Positions 28,432 to 38,600 of a stretch of DNA of 64,000 bases are shown one piece after another. The stretch's first letter is position 1. Every line of letters begins with the position of its first letter. Position numbers and translations under genes: made by a program. The stretch lies in the NCBI GenBank assembly GCA_964639965.1, contig CAZXGI010000001.1:18661-82660 (forward strand), written 5' to 3'. Source of the DNA: an uncultured Rhodospirillaceae bacterium (GTDB lineage: Bacteria; Pseudomonadota; Alphaproteobacteria; Rhodospirillales; UBA2165). The notes beneath the pieces are model-generated. The model worked only from the letters and a program-made list of their open reading frames with translations. It was not told the origin of the DNA and did not search any database.

Positions 28432-29385
28432 ATGAATAAGAATTTTTTATTTTTTCCCCTAAAATTTATTGTTTCTGCCGCATTGATTTGGTTTTTAATA
28501 TCGAATTTTGAGCTTGGCTCTGCGGTTGATAGATTTGATAATATTAATTATTTGTATATTTTTGGTGCCGTTTTAATATTCGCTGCGTTACTATTCAATA
28601 ATACTGTCCGCTGGATGATAGTCTTGAATGCCATCTATGCAGATTTATCGTTTGGCAAGGCATTCAAGATCCTTTGGATTTCTTATTTTTTCAATCAAAC
28701 CCTCCCTTCAACCATTGGGGGAGATGCTTATAAAATATATTTGGTCCGAAAGACAGGTATCGAATTAAAGAGCGCCATTACCGGTGTAATGCTGGAAAGA
28801 GCAGTAGCGTTTTTAGGCTTAATCTTTCTTGTTATTTTAAGCCAACCTTTCTTATTAGCACGTATTGAAGATGATCCGTCTAAATTTTTATTTCCTTTGT
28901 TGGCTGTGATGTCGATGTTTGGAATTATTGCTCTATTGTTATTAGATCGCTTACCAAAGCGGCTACAAGCTATGACAATTATTAGGGGTTTGTTACATTT
29001 AGCATCAGATGCAAAAAGACTTTTTTTATCTCCGCAACATGCTTCCAAGGCAATTATTTTAGGGATTTCTGGAAATATTTTGATTGCTATGCTTGCTTAT
29101 TTTACGTTCTATGCTTTGTCTGTCGATGTGTCAATTTTAGATTGTCTGGTTTTAATTCCTCCTGTAATTTTATTTATTACTTTGCCGATCTCTATTGCAG
29201 GTTGGGGGGTTAGAGAAGGCGCAATGGTGGGTGCTTTTGCACTTGTCGGAGTTTTGGAGGGAGATGCATTTGTTGTATCTGTACTATTTGGCCTACTAAA
29301 TATTATATTTTCGCTCCCTGGTGGTTTATTATGGTTACTGGGAGATTATAATAGAGCCGAAGTTGTTAATGAAGTTAAACATTAA
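28432..29385 (+). CDS. flippase-like membrane protein (lysylphosphatidylglycerol synthase TM-region / UPF0104 family)
   Basis: 317 aa with about 8 TM segments. The GGDAYKIY motif sits after TM3, as in this family. No catalytic soluble domain. Confidence 0.65.
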   Translation: MNKNFLFFPLKFIVSAALIWFLISNFELGSAVDRFDNINYLYIFGAVLIFAALLFNNTVRWMIVLNAIYADLSFGKAFKILWISYFFNQTLPSTIGGDAYKIYLVRKTGIELKSAITGVMLERAVAFLGLIFLVILSQPFLLARIEDDPSKFLFPLLAVMSMFGIIALLLLDRLPKRLQAMTIIRGLLHLASDAKRLFLSPQHASKAIILGISGNILIAMLAYFTFYALSVDVSILDCLVLIPPVILFITLPISIAGWGVREGAMVGAFALVGVLEGDAFVVSVLFGLLNIIFSLPGGLLWLLGDYNRAEVVNEVKH

Positions 29386-29492
29386 AATTTAACTTTATAT
29401 CAGACTATCTTAAACTAGGTCTTTTAATTATTCTGTCGGCCGTTACATTGGCTTATTAGAATTGTGGTCCACATAATCTTAAAGAGGATTCC

Positions 29493-30995
29493 ATGAAAAT
29501 ATCATTTGTAAAACCAGGATTTCCAGCGACTGGTATATTAGTTGTAACGGCCTTTTCTAACGGTAAAATGACGCCATCCGCATCTAAATTAAACAAAAAA
29601 GTCGGAGGTGCTCTTACACGGGCAATTAGAGGAAGTCATTTTGAGGGTAAAAAAGGACAATCACTAGAAATTGTTGCCCCAGCAGATACTAAACTTGATC
29701 TTATAATGATAGTTGGTCTCGGTAAGGCAACAGAAATAACTGGTCTTGAGATGCAAAAACTTGGCGGAAGGATATATGCTGGTACGCGGCAGGCAAAAAA
29801 AGGCTTGGTTACAGTTGTTTTAGACCCTATTGCTGAAGCAAAATCGAATGTTGTAGAAATGGCTAGCGAAATTGCATTCGGTGCAAATTTACGTTCGTAT
29901 AGATTTGATAAATATAAGACAAAATTAAAGCCAGAAAATAAGCCAAAAATTAGAACGCTTTCTATTGCTTGTTCGGGATTTGATAATGCCCGCAAAAAAT
30001 ACGCCAGACTAGCTAAAATTGCAGATGGTGTTTTTTTTACTCGTGATTTGGTCTCCGAGCCATCAAACATCCTCTATCCAGATACACTGGCTAAGCAAGC
30101 AAGAACATTGGAAAAAATAGGTGTTAAAGTTCAAATTCTTGGGGAGCCTCAGATGAAGCGCCTAGGAATGGGGGCTTTGCTTGGAGTTGGACAAGGAAGT
30201 GTTCGTGAATCCCGATTAGTCGTTATGCAGTGGAACGGTGGTTTGAGAGGAAAAGGAAAAGAATCCCAGCCACTGGCCTTCGTTGGTAAAGGGGTTACAT
30301 TCGATACCGGCGGTATTTCGATCAAGCCTTCGGCTGGGATGGAGGATATGAAATGGGATATGGGTGGCTCAGGTGTAGTTATGGGCTTAATAAAAGCACT
30401 TGCTGGCCGTAAAGCAAAAGTTAATGCGGTGGGAGTTGTTGGTCTTGTCGAGAACATGCCTGGCGGGAATGCTCAGCGACCCGGTGACGTCGTCACTTCT
30501 ATGTCGGGACAGACGATTGAGGTGTTGAATACGGATGCAGAAGGGCGTTTGGTTCTGGCTGATTCATTATATTATACTAAGGAGAGATTTAAGCCAAAAT
30601 TTATGGTAAATCTTGCCACGCTTACGGGAGCTATAATTGTTTCCCTTGGTAGTCATCACGCCGGATTATTCTCTAATAACGACCAACTTTCCCAAAGGCT
30701 AATTAAGGCGGGTGAGGATGTCGAGGAAAGATTATGGCGCTTACCTCTGAGTGATGCTTATGATAAAATGATTAACTCACAAATTGCTGATATGCAAAAT
30801 ATTGGTGGTCGAGGTGCTGGTAGCATAACAGCAGCCCAGTTTCTTCAGCGTTTTGTCGGAAAGACACCCTGGGCTCACTTGGATATAGCAGGGGTTACTT
30901 GGTCTAAATCTGATACACCCACGGTACCAAAGGGAGGAACGGCTTTTGGCGTTCGTTTGCTTGATCGTTTAGTAGCTAATAATTATGAAAAATAA
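29493..30995 (+). CDS. pepA: leucyl aminopeptidase (M17)
   Basis: VGKGVTFDTGGISIKP and the M17 signature NTDAEGRLVLAD. A good SD (aagagga) lies upstream. Confidence 0.95.
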   Translation: MKISFVKPGFPATGILVVTAFSNGKMTPSASKLNKKVGGALTRAIRGSHFEGKKGQSLEIVAPADTKLDLIMIVGLGKATEITGLEMQKLGGRIYAGTRQAKKGLVTVVLDPIAEAKSNVVEMASEIAFGANLRSYRFDKYKTKLKPENKPKIRTLSIACSGFDNARKKYARLAKIADGVFFTRDLVSEPSNILYPDTLAKQARTLEKIGVKVQILGEPQMKRLGMGALLGVGQGSVRESRLVVMQWNGGLRGKGKESQPLAFVGKGVTFDTGGISIKPSAGMEDMKWDMGGSGVVMGLIKALAGRKAKVNAVGVVGLVENMPGGNAQRPGDVVTSMSGQTIEVLNTDAEGRLVLADSLYYTKERFKPKFMVNLATLTGAIIVSLGSHHAGLFSNNDQLSQRLIKAGEDVEERLWRLPLSDAYDKMINSQIADMQNIGGRGAGSITAAQFLQRFVGKTPWAHLDIAGVTWSKSDTPTVPKGGTAFGVRLLDRLVANNYEK

Positions 30996-31093
30996 TTTGT
31001 TATTTAATTATTATAATTTTTATTAGGATCCCAAGCTTTAAGTGTTTTTTTTGCTTTCGAGTGTATTAATTTAATCTTGTATTGTTTAACAAT

Positions 31094-31546
31094 ATGACAG
31101 ATGTCTCTTTTTATCATTTACAACAAAGTTCTTTGGAAGGTACGCTTCCCAAGCTCCTCGAGCGTGCACTTGAAGCTGATAAGAAGGCTTTGGTGCGCAC
31201 TGGTTCTGCTGAATTGATGGAGTCTATAAGTTCAGCACTTTGGACAAAACGCAGCGAAAGTTGGATACCGCATGGGTTTGAGAGAGATGAATATGCTAAA
31301 CACCAGCCAATCTGGTTGACTAGTGGTTTGGATAATCCAAATGGAGCAAATTTTATATTTTTGGTGGGAGGTGTCGAGGCTCCTGATGTCACAAAATTTG
31401 AGCGGTGTTTTGATTTATTTAACGGCAACGACGCTGCCTCTGTGGAGGCAGCTAGGAAGCGATGGAAAATATTAAAAGAAGCCGGACATCAGCTAAAGTA
31501 TTGGCAGGAAAATTGGCAAGGTAAATGGCAAGAAAAAAGCCAATAG
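31094..31546 (+). CDS. holC: DNA polymerase III chi subunit
   Basis: MTDVSFYHLQQSSLE... is a chi-type N-terminus. Lies immediately downstream of pepA, as in E. coli. The track start at 31082 is TTG. ATG at 31094 is more likely. Confidence 0.85.
   Translation: MTDVSFYHLQQSSLEGTLPKLLERALEADKKALVRTGSAELMESISSALWTKRSESWIPHGFERDEYAKHQPIWLTSGLDNPNGANFIFLVGGVEAPDVTKFERCFDLFNGNDAASVEAARKRWKILKEAGHQLKYWQENWQGKWQEKSQ
31502..31537 (+). repeat. three tandem 12-nt units at the 3' end of holC
   Basis: tggcaggaaaat / tggcaaggtaaa / tggcaagaaaaa, in frame, encoding WQEN-WQGK-WQEK. Confidence 0.9.
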
Positions 31547-31557
31547 AAAATTATTTT

Positions 31558-32484
31558 TTATTGAAATTGATTTTTATTGAACATTTCAAAGTCTATGTCT
31601 TTTAGCGCTTGAGACAGGTGTGACATTTGCGCGGAGGTCAGAGGAATAAGTGGGGGGCGGACTGTAAACCATGTGGGATCTTCGCTATAGAGACCGGTCG
31701 CAGCTTTTAGTGCCGGAATCATTGGATAGGCTTGAAATATATCGCGAACAATATTGAGTCCTTTCTGGATCCTATTAGCCTCATTTGACTGCCAGTTATT
31801 AAATAGATTATTTATAGCAGCAGGATTTACATTAGCTGTTGCTGAAATGCAGCCCGCGCCACCGTTTCGCATATTATCTAACAAAAATGTCTCAGCTCCA
31901 ACGAATACACGGAAGTCGTCCCAACCGGCATCTAGCATACTTTTGGTGTGATCCCAATCGCCAGAGCTATCTTTGATGCCAACAACAGTATCTGGATATT
32001 CTTTAATTAACCTTTCGATCAAATTCAAACTCAAAGGTACGTTTGATACATTTGGAATGTGATAAAGGTAAATATGGAGTTCGGAACTTCCAACTCGTTG
32101 TATTATTTCTGAGAAGTTTGCAAAAAGGCCATCGTCGCTAACATTTTTATAATAAAACGGGGGTAACATTAATGTGCCCCCAACACCTAATCGTACAGCA
32201 TGTTTGGTTAGCCGAATACTATCTGAGAGCGCACAGCAACCTGTACCAGGCATCATTCGATTTGGGTCGATGCCCTCAGCCACAAGATATTCAAGCAACT
32301 CAACTTTTTCATTCGTCGAGAGCGAGTTTGCCTCACTATTGGTGCCAAATACAGCGAGGCCTACATTATGTGATAACATCCACTCACACTGATTGAAAAG
32401 GCGCTTAGCATCAGGAGAAAAATCTTCTCTAAATGGCGTGATCACAGGGGTTAATACCCCGGCGAATTTTTCTGGTAGGCTCAT
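31558..32484 (-). CDS. dihydrodipicolinate synthase / N-acetylneuraminate lyase family (class I aldolase) protein
   Basis: 308 aa. Carries GTNSEANSLS (a variant of GTTGE), YHIP, and the Schiff-base lysine context VGIKDSSGD. The substrate is not assignable, and this is probably not the housekeeping dapA. Confidence 0.75.
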   Translation of the reverse strand: MSLPEKFAGVLTPVITPFREDFSPDAKRLFNQCEWMLSHNVGLAVFGTNSEANSLSTNEKVELLEYLVAEGIDPNRMMPGTGCCALSDSIRLTKHAVRLGVGGTLMLPPFYYKNVSDDGLFANFSEIIQRVGSSELHIYLYHIPNVSNVPLSLNLIERLIKEYPDTVVGIKDSSGDWDHTKSMLDAGWDDFRVFVGAETFLLDNMRNGGAGCISATANVNPAAINNLFNNWQSNEANRIQKGLNIVRDIFQAYPMIPALKAATGLYSEDPTWFTVRPPLIPLTSAQMSHLSQALKDIDFEMFNKNQFQ

Positions 32485-32764
32485 CTCGAATTTCCTATTA
32501 TTTAATACTAGTTAAAACCTAGAAATAAAATTTCGTAAAAATTATATTACATGAGAATTATTGAAAAAAAAGAATTTCATTTTTCAGGGTGATTTGCAGC
32601 ATTAAGTTGGATGTAACACGTCAACCCCTCCTGCGAAAGAGAAGAGGTGTTTCGAATTGTAGTAAATAATTAGTTGCCAGCAGAGCGCGATCAAGCTATA
32701 AGCACTCGTTTTTTCGGCAGTTTGCCGGTGTTTAAAAATTCTTTTAAAATAACTAAAGAGGTTC

Positions 32765-33193
32765 ATGGCAATGGCCATAGAGCGAACATTGTCAATAATT
32801 AAACCAGATGCTACTCGTCGTAATCTCACCGGTCAGATAAACGCGAGATTTGAAGAGGCGGGTCTTCACATCATAGCTCAAAAGCGGCTTCAATTAACAC
32901 TTGACCAGGCCCAAGGTTTTTATGCTGTTCATAAAGATAGGGCTTTTTTTGGCGATTTGTGCGATTTTATGATTTCTGGTCCCGTTGTTGTTCAGATCCT
33001 CGAAGGTGAGAATGCTATTGCAAGAAATCGTGAAATTATGGGGGCAACGAATCCCGCGAATGCCGAAGAAGGAACAATTCGTAAAGATTTTGCAGAAAGT
33101 GTTGAGGCTAACTCAGTTCATGGGTCAGACGCAGTAGAAACGGCCGTTGAAGAAATTAGCTATTTCTTTTCTCAGATAGAGATTGCTGGTTAA
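32765..33193 (+). CDS. ndk: nucleoside-diphosphate kinase
   Basis: [11 protein letters not shown] and the active-site NSVHGSD motif. Confidence 0.97.
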   Translation: MAMAIERTLSIIKPDATRRNLTGQINARFEEAGLHIIAQKRLQLTLDQAQGFYAVHKDRAFFGDLCDFMISGPVVVQILEGENAIARNREIMGATNPANAEEGTIRKDFAESVEANSVHGSDAVETAVEEISYFFSQIEIAG

Positions 33194-33266
33194 AAAGTAG
33201 TTTCCTTTACTTATAGGCAGCAGAATTTTGAGTTTTAATGGCAATAAGAAAAACGATCACTCGCCA

Positions 33267-34340
33267 ATGTATTTATGCAGATTTGCGTTCTATGTTTTAT
33301 GCATAATATTGATTACGAGCTGTTCAGAGGTCGAGCGTCGGGCTGGTAAACCTTGGCATCACACAACGGAAGGGTTTCGTAATCCTCTGGGAAGTCCGGA
33401 AAAGAACACATGGTTGGCACGTTTGCCATGGCTTTTAAGTCGACCTTTTCAAACAATGTTCAGAGATTCTCCCACAATTCCATTTGATCATGTGCTGCCA
33501 AAGAAAAAAATAATTGCTGAATTAAAGCGCACTAGCGGAAGTAACACAGTTACATGGCTCGGCCATATGACAGCTTTATTACGTATTGATGGGAAGTCAA
33601 TTTTAACTGATCCTTGGCTTACTAATTACGCATCACCAATCCCGCCACTTGGCCCAAAACGTTATATAGAGCCGCCTCTAAATATTAACGAGCTACCACA
33701 AATTGATTTTGTAGTAATTTCTCATGATCATTTTGATCATCTTGACCTACCTACAATAGCTGCAATTCCTAATCGAGGCAAAATAACCGCTATCGTTCCA
33801 TTGGGAATTGGAAAATATTTTAAGGAGTTCGGTTACGGAAAGGTGATTGAATTGGATTGGGAGCAATCAGTAGTTGAGGCAAAGATAATGTTTACGGCCT
33901 TACCTGTCATACATTGGTCAAAAAGATCTTTGTTTTCTGCCAATAAGACGTTATGGGCTGGTTGGGCAATAAAGGGAGAAAGCGGAACCCGAGTTTTTTT
34001 TGGCGGAGATGCCGAATATGGCCCCATTTACAAAGAACTAGCTAAGAAATTTGGAGGATTTGATCTATCCTTATTATCAATAGGAGCATTTTTGCCCCGG
34101 GTTATAATGCAAGGTGCTCACTGTATACCGGAAGAATGCATTCGTATCGGACATGATTTAAGATCTCAAAATCATTTGGCGATGCATTGGGGAACCTTGC
34201 TATTAGGAGATGACACGCCAACGGATGCACTTCAGCGTTTCAAAGAAGGCGCGAAGAAACTAAACATTCCTGAAAAAAAAGTATGGATCTTTAAAATTGG
34301 TGAAACGCGAATTATTCCTCGAAATCATACTAAACCATAA
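33267..34340 (+). CDS. MBL-fold hydrolase lipoprotein (NAPE-PLD-like subgroup)
   Basis: ORF 33228..34340. From ATG 33267 there is a signal peptide with lipobox (MYLCRFAFYVLCIILITSC). Metal motif ISHDHFDHLD. Confidence 0.75.
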   Translation: MYLCRFAFYVLCIILITSCSEVERRAGKPWHHTTEGFRNPLGSPEKNTWLARLPWLLSRPFQTMFRDSPTIPFDHVLPKKKIIAELKRTSGSNTVTWLGHMTALLRIDGKSILTDPWLTNYASPIPPLGPKRYIEPPLNINELPQIDFVVISHDHFDHLDLPTIAAIPNRGKITAIVPLGIGKYFKEFGYGKVIELDWEQSVVEAKIMFTALPVIHWSKRSLFSANKTLWAGWAIKGESGTRVFFGGDAEYGPIYKELAKKFGGFDLSLLSIGAFLPRVIMQGAHCIPEECIRIGHDLRSQNHLAMHWGTLLLGDDTPTDALQRFKEGAKKLNIPEKKVWIFKIGETRIIPRNHTKP

Positions 34341-34408
34341 CAAAAAATATGCTCGTATCTCTGGGCATAATCAGTTAAATAAGAAAAAACAGGTACCGAG
34401 TTGTATTT

Positions 34409-35689
34409 ATGAACATAAACAAGAACTTCAAACATATAATTTTGGCACTTTTAATTATAGTTCTTGGTGTTGCTATCTTTATTTTATTGCGTTTAACCGC
34501 CCCTACGGTAATTGCTGAACCTGAGAAAGAGAAAGTTTGGCCTGTGGCCACTCAGGTCATCAAGGCATCGAGCATGCGCCCTTTGATAAGAGAATTTGGC
34601 ACTATTGTTGCTGGAAGTCAGGCTGATTTGCGGCCTTTGGTTGCTGGTCGTATTATTGAAGTTGGCCCAGACTATTTTGAGGGTTCAATTGTAAGAAAAG
34701 GCCAACTTTTGGCTAAAATCGACCCCTTTGACTATGAAGTGAAAGTCCAAGATAGTAGGGCAGCCTTGGATGAAGTTTTGACTCGAATTTCTGAAATAGA
34801 AGGTGAGATTAAATATGAGACAAAACTGCTAAAAATAACTGCTTCCCAACTATCTTTACGCAAAAGAAATCTCGCGAGACGCCAAAGGCTTGTAAAGAAG
34901 GGGTCTGGTTCTCGCAAATCTCTTGATGACGCGGAACTAGCTTACAATGATACTGCAAAGAATTTAGCTGTTCGGCAACAAGTAAAACTAAGGTTAAAAA
35001 ATAAATTAAATCAGCAAAAAGCGTCGGCGATGAGAGCAAAATCCGCATTAAGATTGGCTAAACGTAATCTGGATGAGACGGTTATAAGGGCTCCTTTCGA
35101 TGGGTTCTTAGCGAATACAGACGTTTCGACCGGACAGCGAGTTGGTACCAGTGAACGTTTAGCACGGTTAATTGAAGCCAAGCGCCTTGAGGTCAAATTT
35201 CGTTTAAGTGAACGTGCTTTTTCAACATTGATCAAAAATAAAGGTAAGCTCGCTGTTGATAGCATTGCAAGATCTGAACTAATTGGAAAAGAGATAAATG
35301 TAATATGGAGTATTGGAGGCAGGGATATTGCCTATAAAGCTGTCATTGAGCGAGTGGGTGCAGAAATTGATACTACGGGCGGTGGTATTGATGTCTATGC
35401 CCGGTTGACTGAAATAAATTTGACCACAGCTCTCCGGCCCGGAGCTTTTGTTGAAGTTAAAATTCCATCACGATTGTATGAGAATGTAGCTCGGGTTCCG
35501 GATACGGCTGTAGTGGGTGGAAAAGCAATCTTTATAATTGAGAAGGGACGAGTTAAAGAGAAAACCGTTGAATTAGTTTATAAAGGGCCTAATTCGGTGT
35601 TGATACGCGGTTCTAGACTGCAAAATAAAATTGTAATTACGCGACCATTTCCAAAAATTGCAAATGGCTTGAGGGTAGAGCCTCGATGA
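34409..35689 (+). CDS. RND efflux periplasmic adaptor (membrane fusion protein)
   Basis: N-terminal TM anchor, a coiled-coil hairpin region (ALDEVLTRISEIEGEIKYETKLL...) and a beta-barrel C-terminus. Its stop overlaps the RND pump start (ATGA). Confidence 0.85.
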   Translation: MNINKNFKHIILALLIIVLGVAIFILLRLTAPTVIAEPEKEKVWPVATQVIKASSMRPLIREFGTIVAGSQADLRPLVAGRIIEVGPDYFEGSIVRKGQLLAKIDPFDYEVKVQDSRAALDEVLTRISEIEGEIKYETKLLKITASQLSLRKRNLARRQRLVKKGSGSRKSLDDAELAYNDTAKNLAVRQQVKLRLKNKLNQQKASAMRAKSALRLAKRNLDETVIRAPFDGFLANTDVSTGQRVGTSERLARLIEAKRLEVKFRLSERAFSTLIKNKGKLAVDSIARSELIGKEINVIWSIGGRDIAYKAVIERVGAEIDTTGGGIDVYARLTEINLTTALRPGAFVEVKIPSRLYENVARVPDTAVVGGKAIFIIEKGRVKEKTVELVYKGPNSVLIRGSRLQNKIVITRPFPKIANGLRVEPR

Positions 35690-38600
35690 CTAAAGAAAGC
35701 GAAAATGAAGAATCGCCGATCATAAAATCTGGGCCGATAGCTTTATTCGCGAGACATCCAACGGCAGCAAACTTGATAATGTTCTTGATGATTATTGTTG
35801 GGATCTGGGGAACTATCAAGATGAATTCACAGTTTCTACCTAGCTTTGGAATTGACGTGATTACGGTATCTATTGAATGGCCTGGAGCTAACTCCGAAGA
35901 CGTAGATACAAATATTATCCAGTTGGTCGAACCAGAAGTTAGGTTTCTTGATTCTGTAAAGAAAGTTCAGTCAACTTCATCTGAGGGCATCGCTTCAATT
36001 TTGATTGAATTTGAAGCTGGAGCAGAAATGCAATCGGCTCTTTCGAATGTAGAAGCCGCTGTTTCTCGAATTATAACTTTACCAGTTGACGCTAAGAAAC
36101 CAATAATTAAGCGCATGGTTAGGTATGAAACGATATGTAAATTATTAGTTTCTGGAGAGGTTTCTGAGTTGGCGCTAAAGGCTTATGCTAAAGAATTTCG
36201 TGATGATTTACTTGCTAGGGGAATTGATCGTATAGAACTGTTTGGGAGTCGTGATCAAGAGATATGGGTCGAAGCCCAAGAAAAAACATTAAGGCGTCTT
36301 GATATAACGTTAAGTGATATTTCCAACAAGATTGGAGTAACTTCCTTAGATCTTCCGTCCGGTAATGTGGGTATGGGGTTGCGGCAAATTAGAAGCTTGG
36401 GGCTTCTCACTGATGCGGATGGTTTGCGTCGGATGGAAATTAAATCTTTGGGCGATGGGCGTAAAATTTATCTTGATGATGTTGCCAGTGTAACTGAGCA
36501 GTTTAAGGAGTCAGATGCCGTTGCTTTAAGAAAGGGTGCTCCTGCGATTGAAATGCATCTGATGCGTGCTTTGGACACCGATGCTCTTGTTCTTGCTTCT
36601 AAAGTGGATGACTTTCTTAGAGAGACCACTAAACTATTGCCAGCGAATTTAAACGTAGAGAGGTATGGCTCGGCGACTGATCTCCTTGATGAGCGAATTA
36701 GTCTATTATTGAAAAATGCCATCAGTGGATTGATTATTGTTGCCCTAATTTTGTTTGTATTTTTGCGGGCTTCAATAGCAATTTGGGTTTTGTTAGGCAT
36801 TCCCATTTGTTTCATGGCAACTTTAGGCGTGATGTTAGCGACGGGACAATCCATCAATATGATAAGTTTATTTGGGCTCATTATGGCTCTCGGTATCGTG
36901 GTGGATGATGCGATAGTGGTAGGTGAGCATGCGGACTACCATAAGCAAATGGGTCAGAATTCATTAGGCGCTGCGATCTTAGGTGCTCGAAGGATGGCGG
37001 CGCCGGTTGTCTGTGCTTCTCTAACTACTATTTGTGCTTTTTTGCCTTTGATACTGATAGCAGGGATTATTGGTCAAGTTATTGCTGCTATTCCATTAGT
37101 AATTGTCGCGGTATTGGTCGCGAGTTTGTTGGAATGTTTTTATGTGCTTCCGGGCCATCTTAATCATGGCATGAGGATCAAAAGTTTTGGTTTCAAGCCA
37201 TATGAGAAATTCAGAAATTGGTTTGATAGTTGGTTTGCGAATCTTAGGGATATCAAATTCCGAAGGCTGGTTGTACTCAGTATTGAATGGAGATATGCGA
37301 CCTTAGCATTGGCGTTTGCGTTGTTTTTAAGTGCGGTTGGTCTCGTCGCCGGAGGTAGAATAGGATTCAATTTCTTTCCTACACCAGAATCTGACAAAAT
37401 TGTCGTTAATGTAAAAATGGTATCTGGGACCCCTCGCGATCAGACGATCTTAATGTTGGAGGAGGTGGAGAGAGCAGCTTATATTTCAGCAGAGAAGTTG
37501 TCTGGCAAGGATAATAATCTCATTCAGATGATTATGACCAAAGTGGGCGTCAAGGTTTCGGGTAATATGAATTCGCCTTTGTCCAACGTTCCTGAAGATA
37601 CGACCGGGGGTCTAGAATTAGAGCTTCTTACCGCGGACAAAAGATCCATTAGAACCATGCAGTTTGTTGAGGCTTGGAGAGCAGAGGTGAGACACCTTGC
37701 GGGTTTAAAAACGTTAACCATACAAGAAGTGAGGGGTGGTCCGCCGGGTCGGGATATTGATATAAGGTTGATGGGATCTAATATTTATGCACTAAAAAAT
37801 GTAGCAAATCATGTAATGAAGATACTTGAGCGGTATCCGGGGGTTAGTAATGTCGAAGATGATCTGCCCTATGGCAAAAGAGAAACAATTTTGAACGTTA
37901 ATCAGCGAGGAAGATCACTAGGATTTTCAACCGAGAGTATTGGCAGGCAACTTCGCAATGCCATTGAAGGGAAAATTGCGAAGAGATTTGCACGCCAGGA
38001 TGAAGAAGTCGCTGTTCGAGTAATGTACCCTCGAAAGGAGGTGACGTCGGCGGTTCTTGAAACACTTCATGTTAGAGCCCCCGCCGGTCAGGAAATACCC
38101 CTACAACAAATAATTTCATCACGAGAAGCGGTTGGTTTTGCTAAAATCAAGCGAGAAGAGGGGATCCGGCAGATTGCCATTACTGCTGAAATAGATGCTT
38201 CAATTACTTCTGTTAACAAAATACTATCTGCTATAAAGCGTGACGGTGTAAACGAAATAGCTGATCGTGCCGGTTTAAAGGTTGGTTTTTCGGGAAAAGC
38301 TGAAGAGCAAGAGGAAACTTTCGCTGATATGAAGCTTGGAGCATTGATAGGGCTCGCTGGGATTTATATTGTGCTTGCTTGGGCATTTGCTAGTTACATT
38401 CGGCCAATTGTCGTAATGGCGGTTATTCCTATGGGTTTCATAGGAGCAGCATTCGGCCATTGGATTTTGGGTTACACTTTAACTATTTTGAGTATGGTAG
38501 GATTGATAGGTCTATCTGGTATTATTATCAATGGTTCAATAATTTTAGTTACAACAATTGATGAAAAATTAAAAAAAGTTGAGCTTTTTGAGGCCATTGT

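Noticed and set aside
31026-31038. GGATCC-C-AAGCTT (adjacent BamHI and HindIII sites) between pepA and holC, reminiscent of a polylinker
   Set aside because: Only 13 nt, with no flanking vector-like sequence, and the surrounding genes are intact and syntenic. Treated as coincidence.
32485-32764. Possible sRNA in the 280-bp spacer upstream of ndk: a gagcgc-N13-gcactc hairpin followed by a T6 run near 32683..32715, and a 75-aa ORF at 32602..32829
   Set aside because: The stem has a mismatch and no upstream promoter is evident. The ORF overlaps the ndk start and looks spurious. The evidence is too thin to call.
36468-36881. 137-aa ORF antisense to the RND pump. Similar shadow ORFs lie at 29636..30070, 15566..16009, 23530..23928 and 25846..26202.
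   Set aside because: All lie fully inside genes with clear family motifs on the other strand, so they are treated as shadow ORFs.
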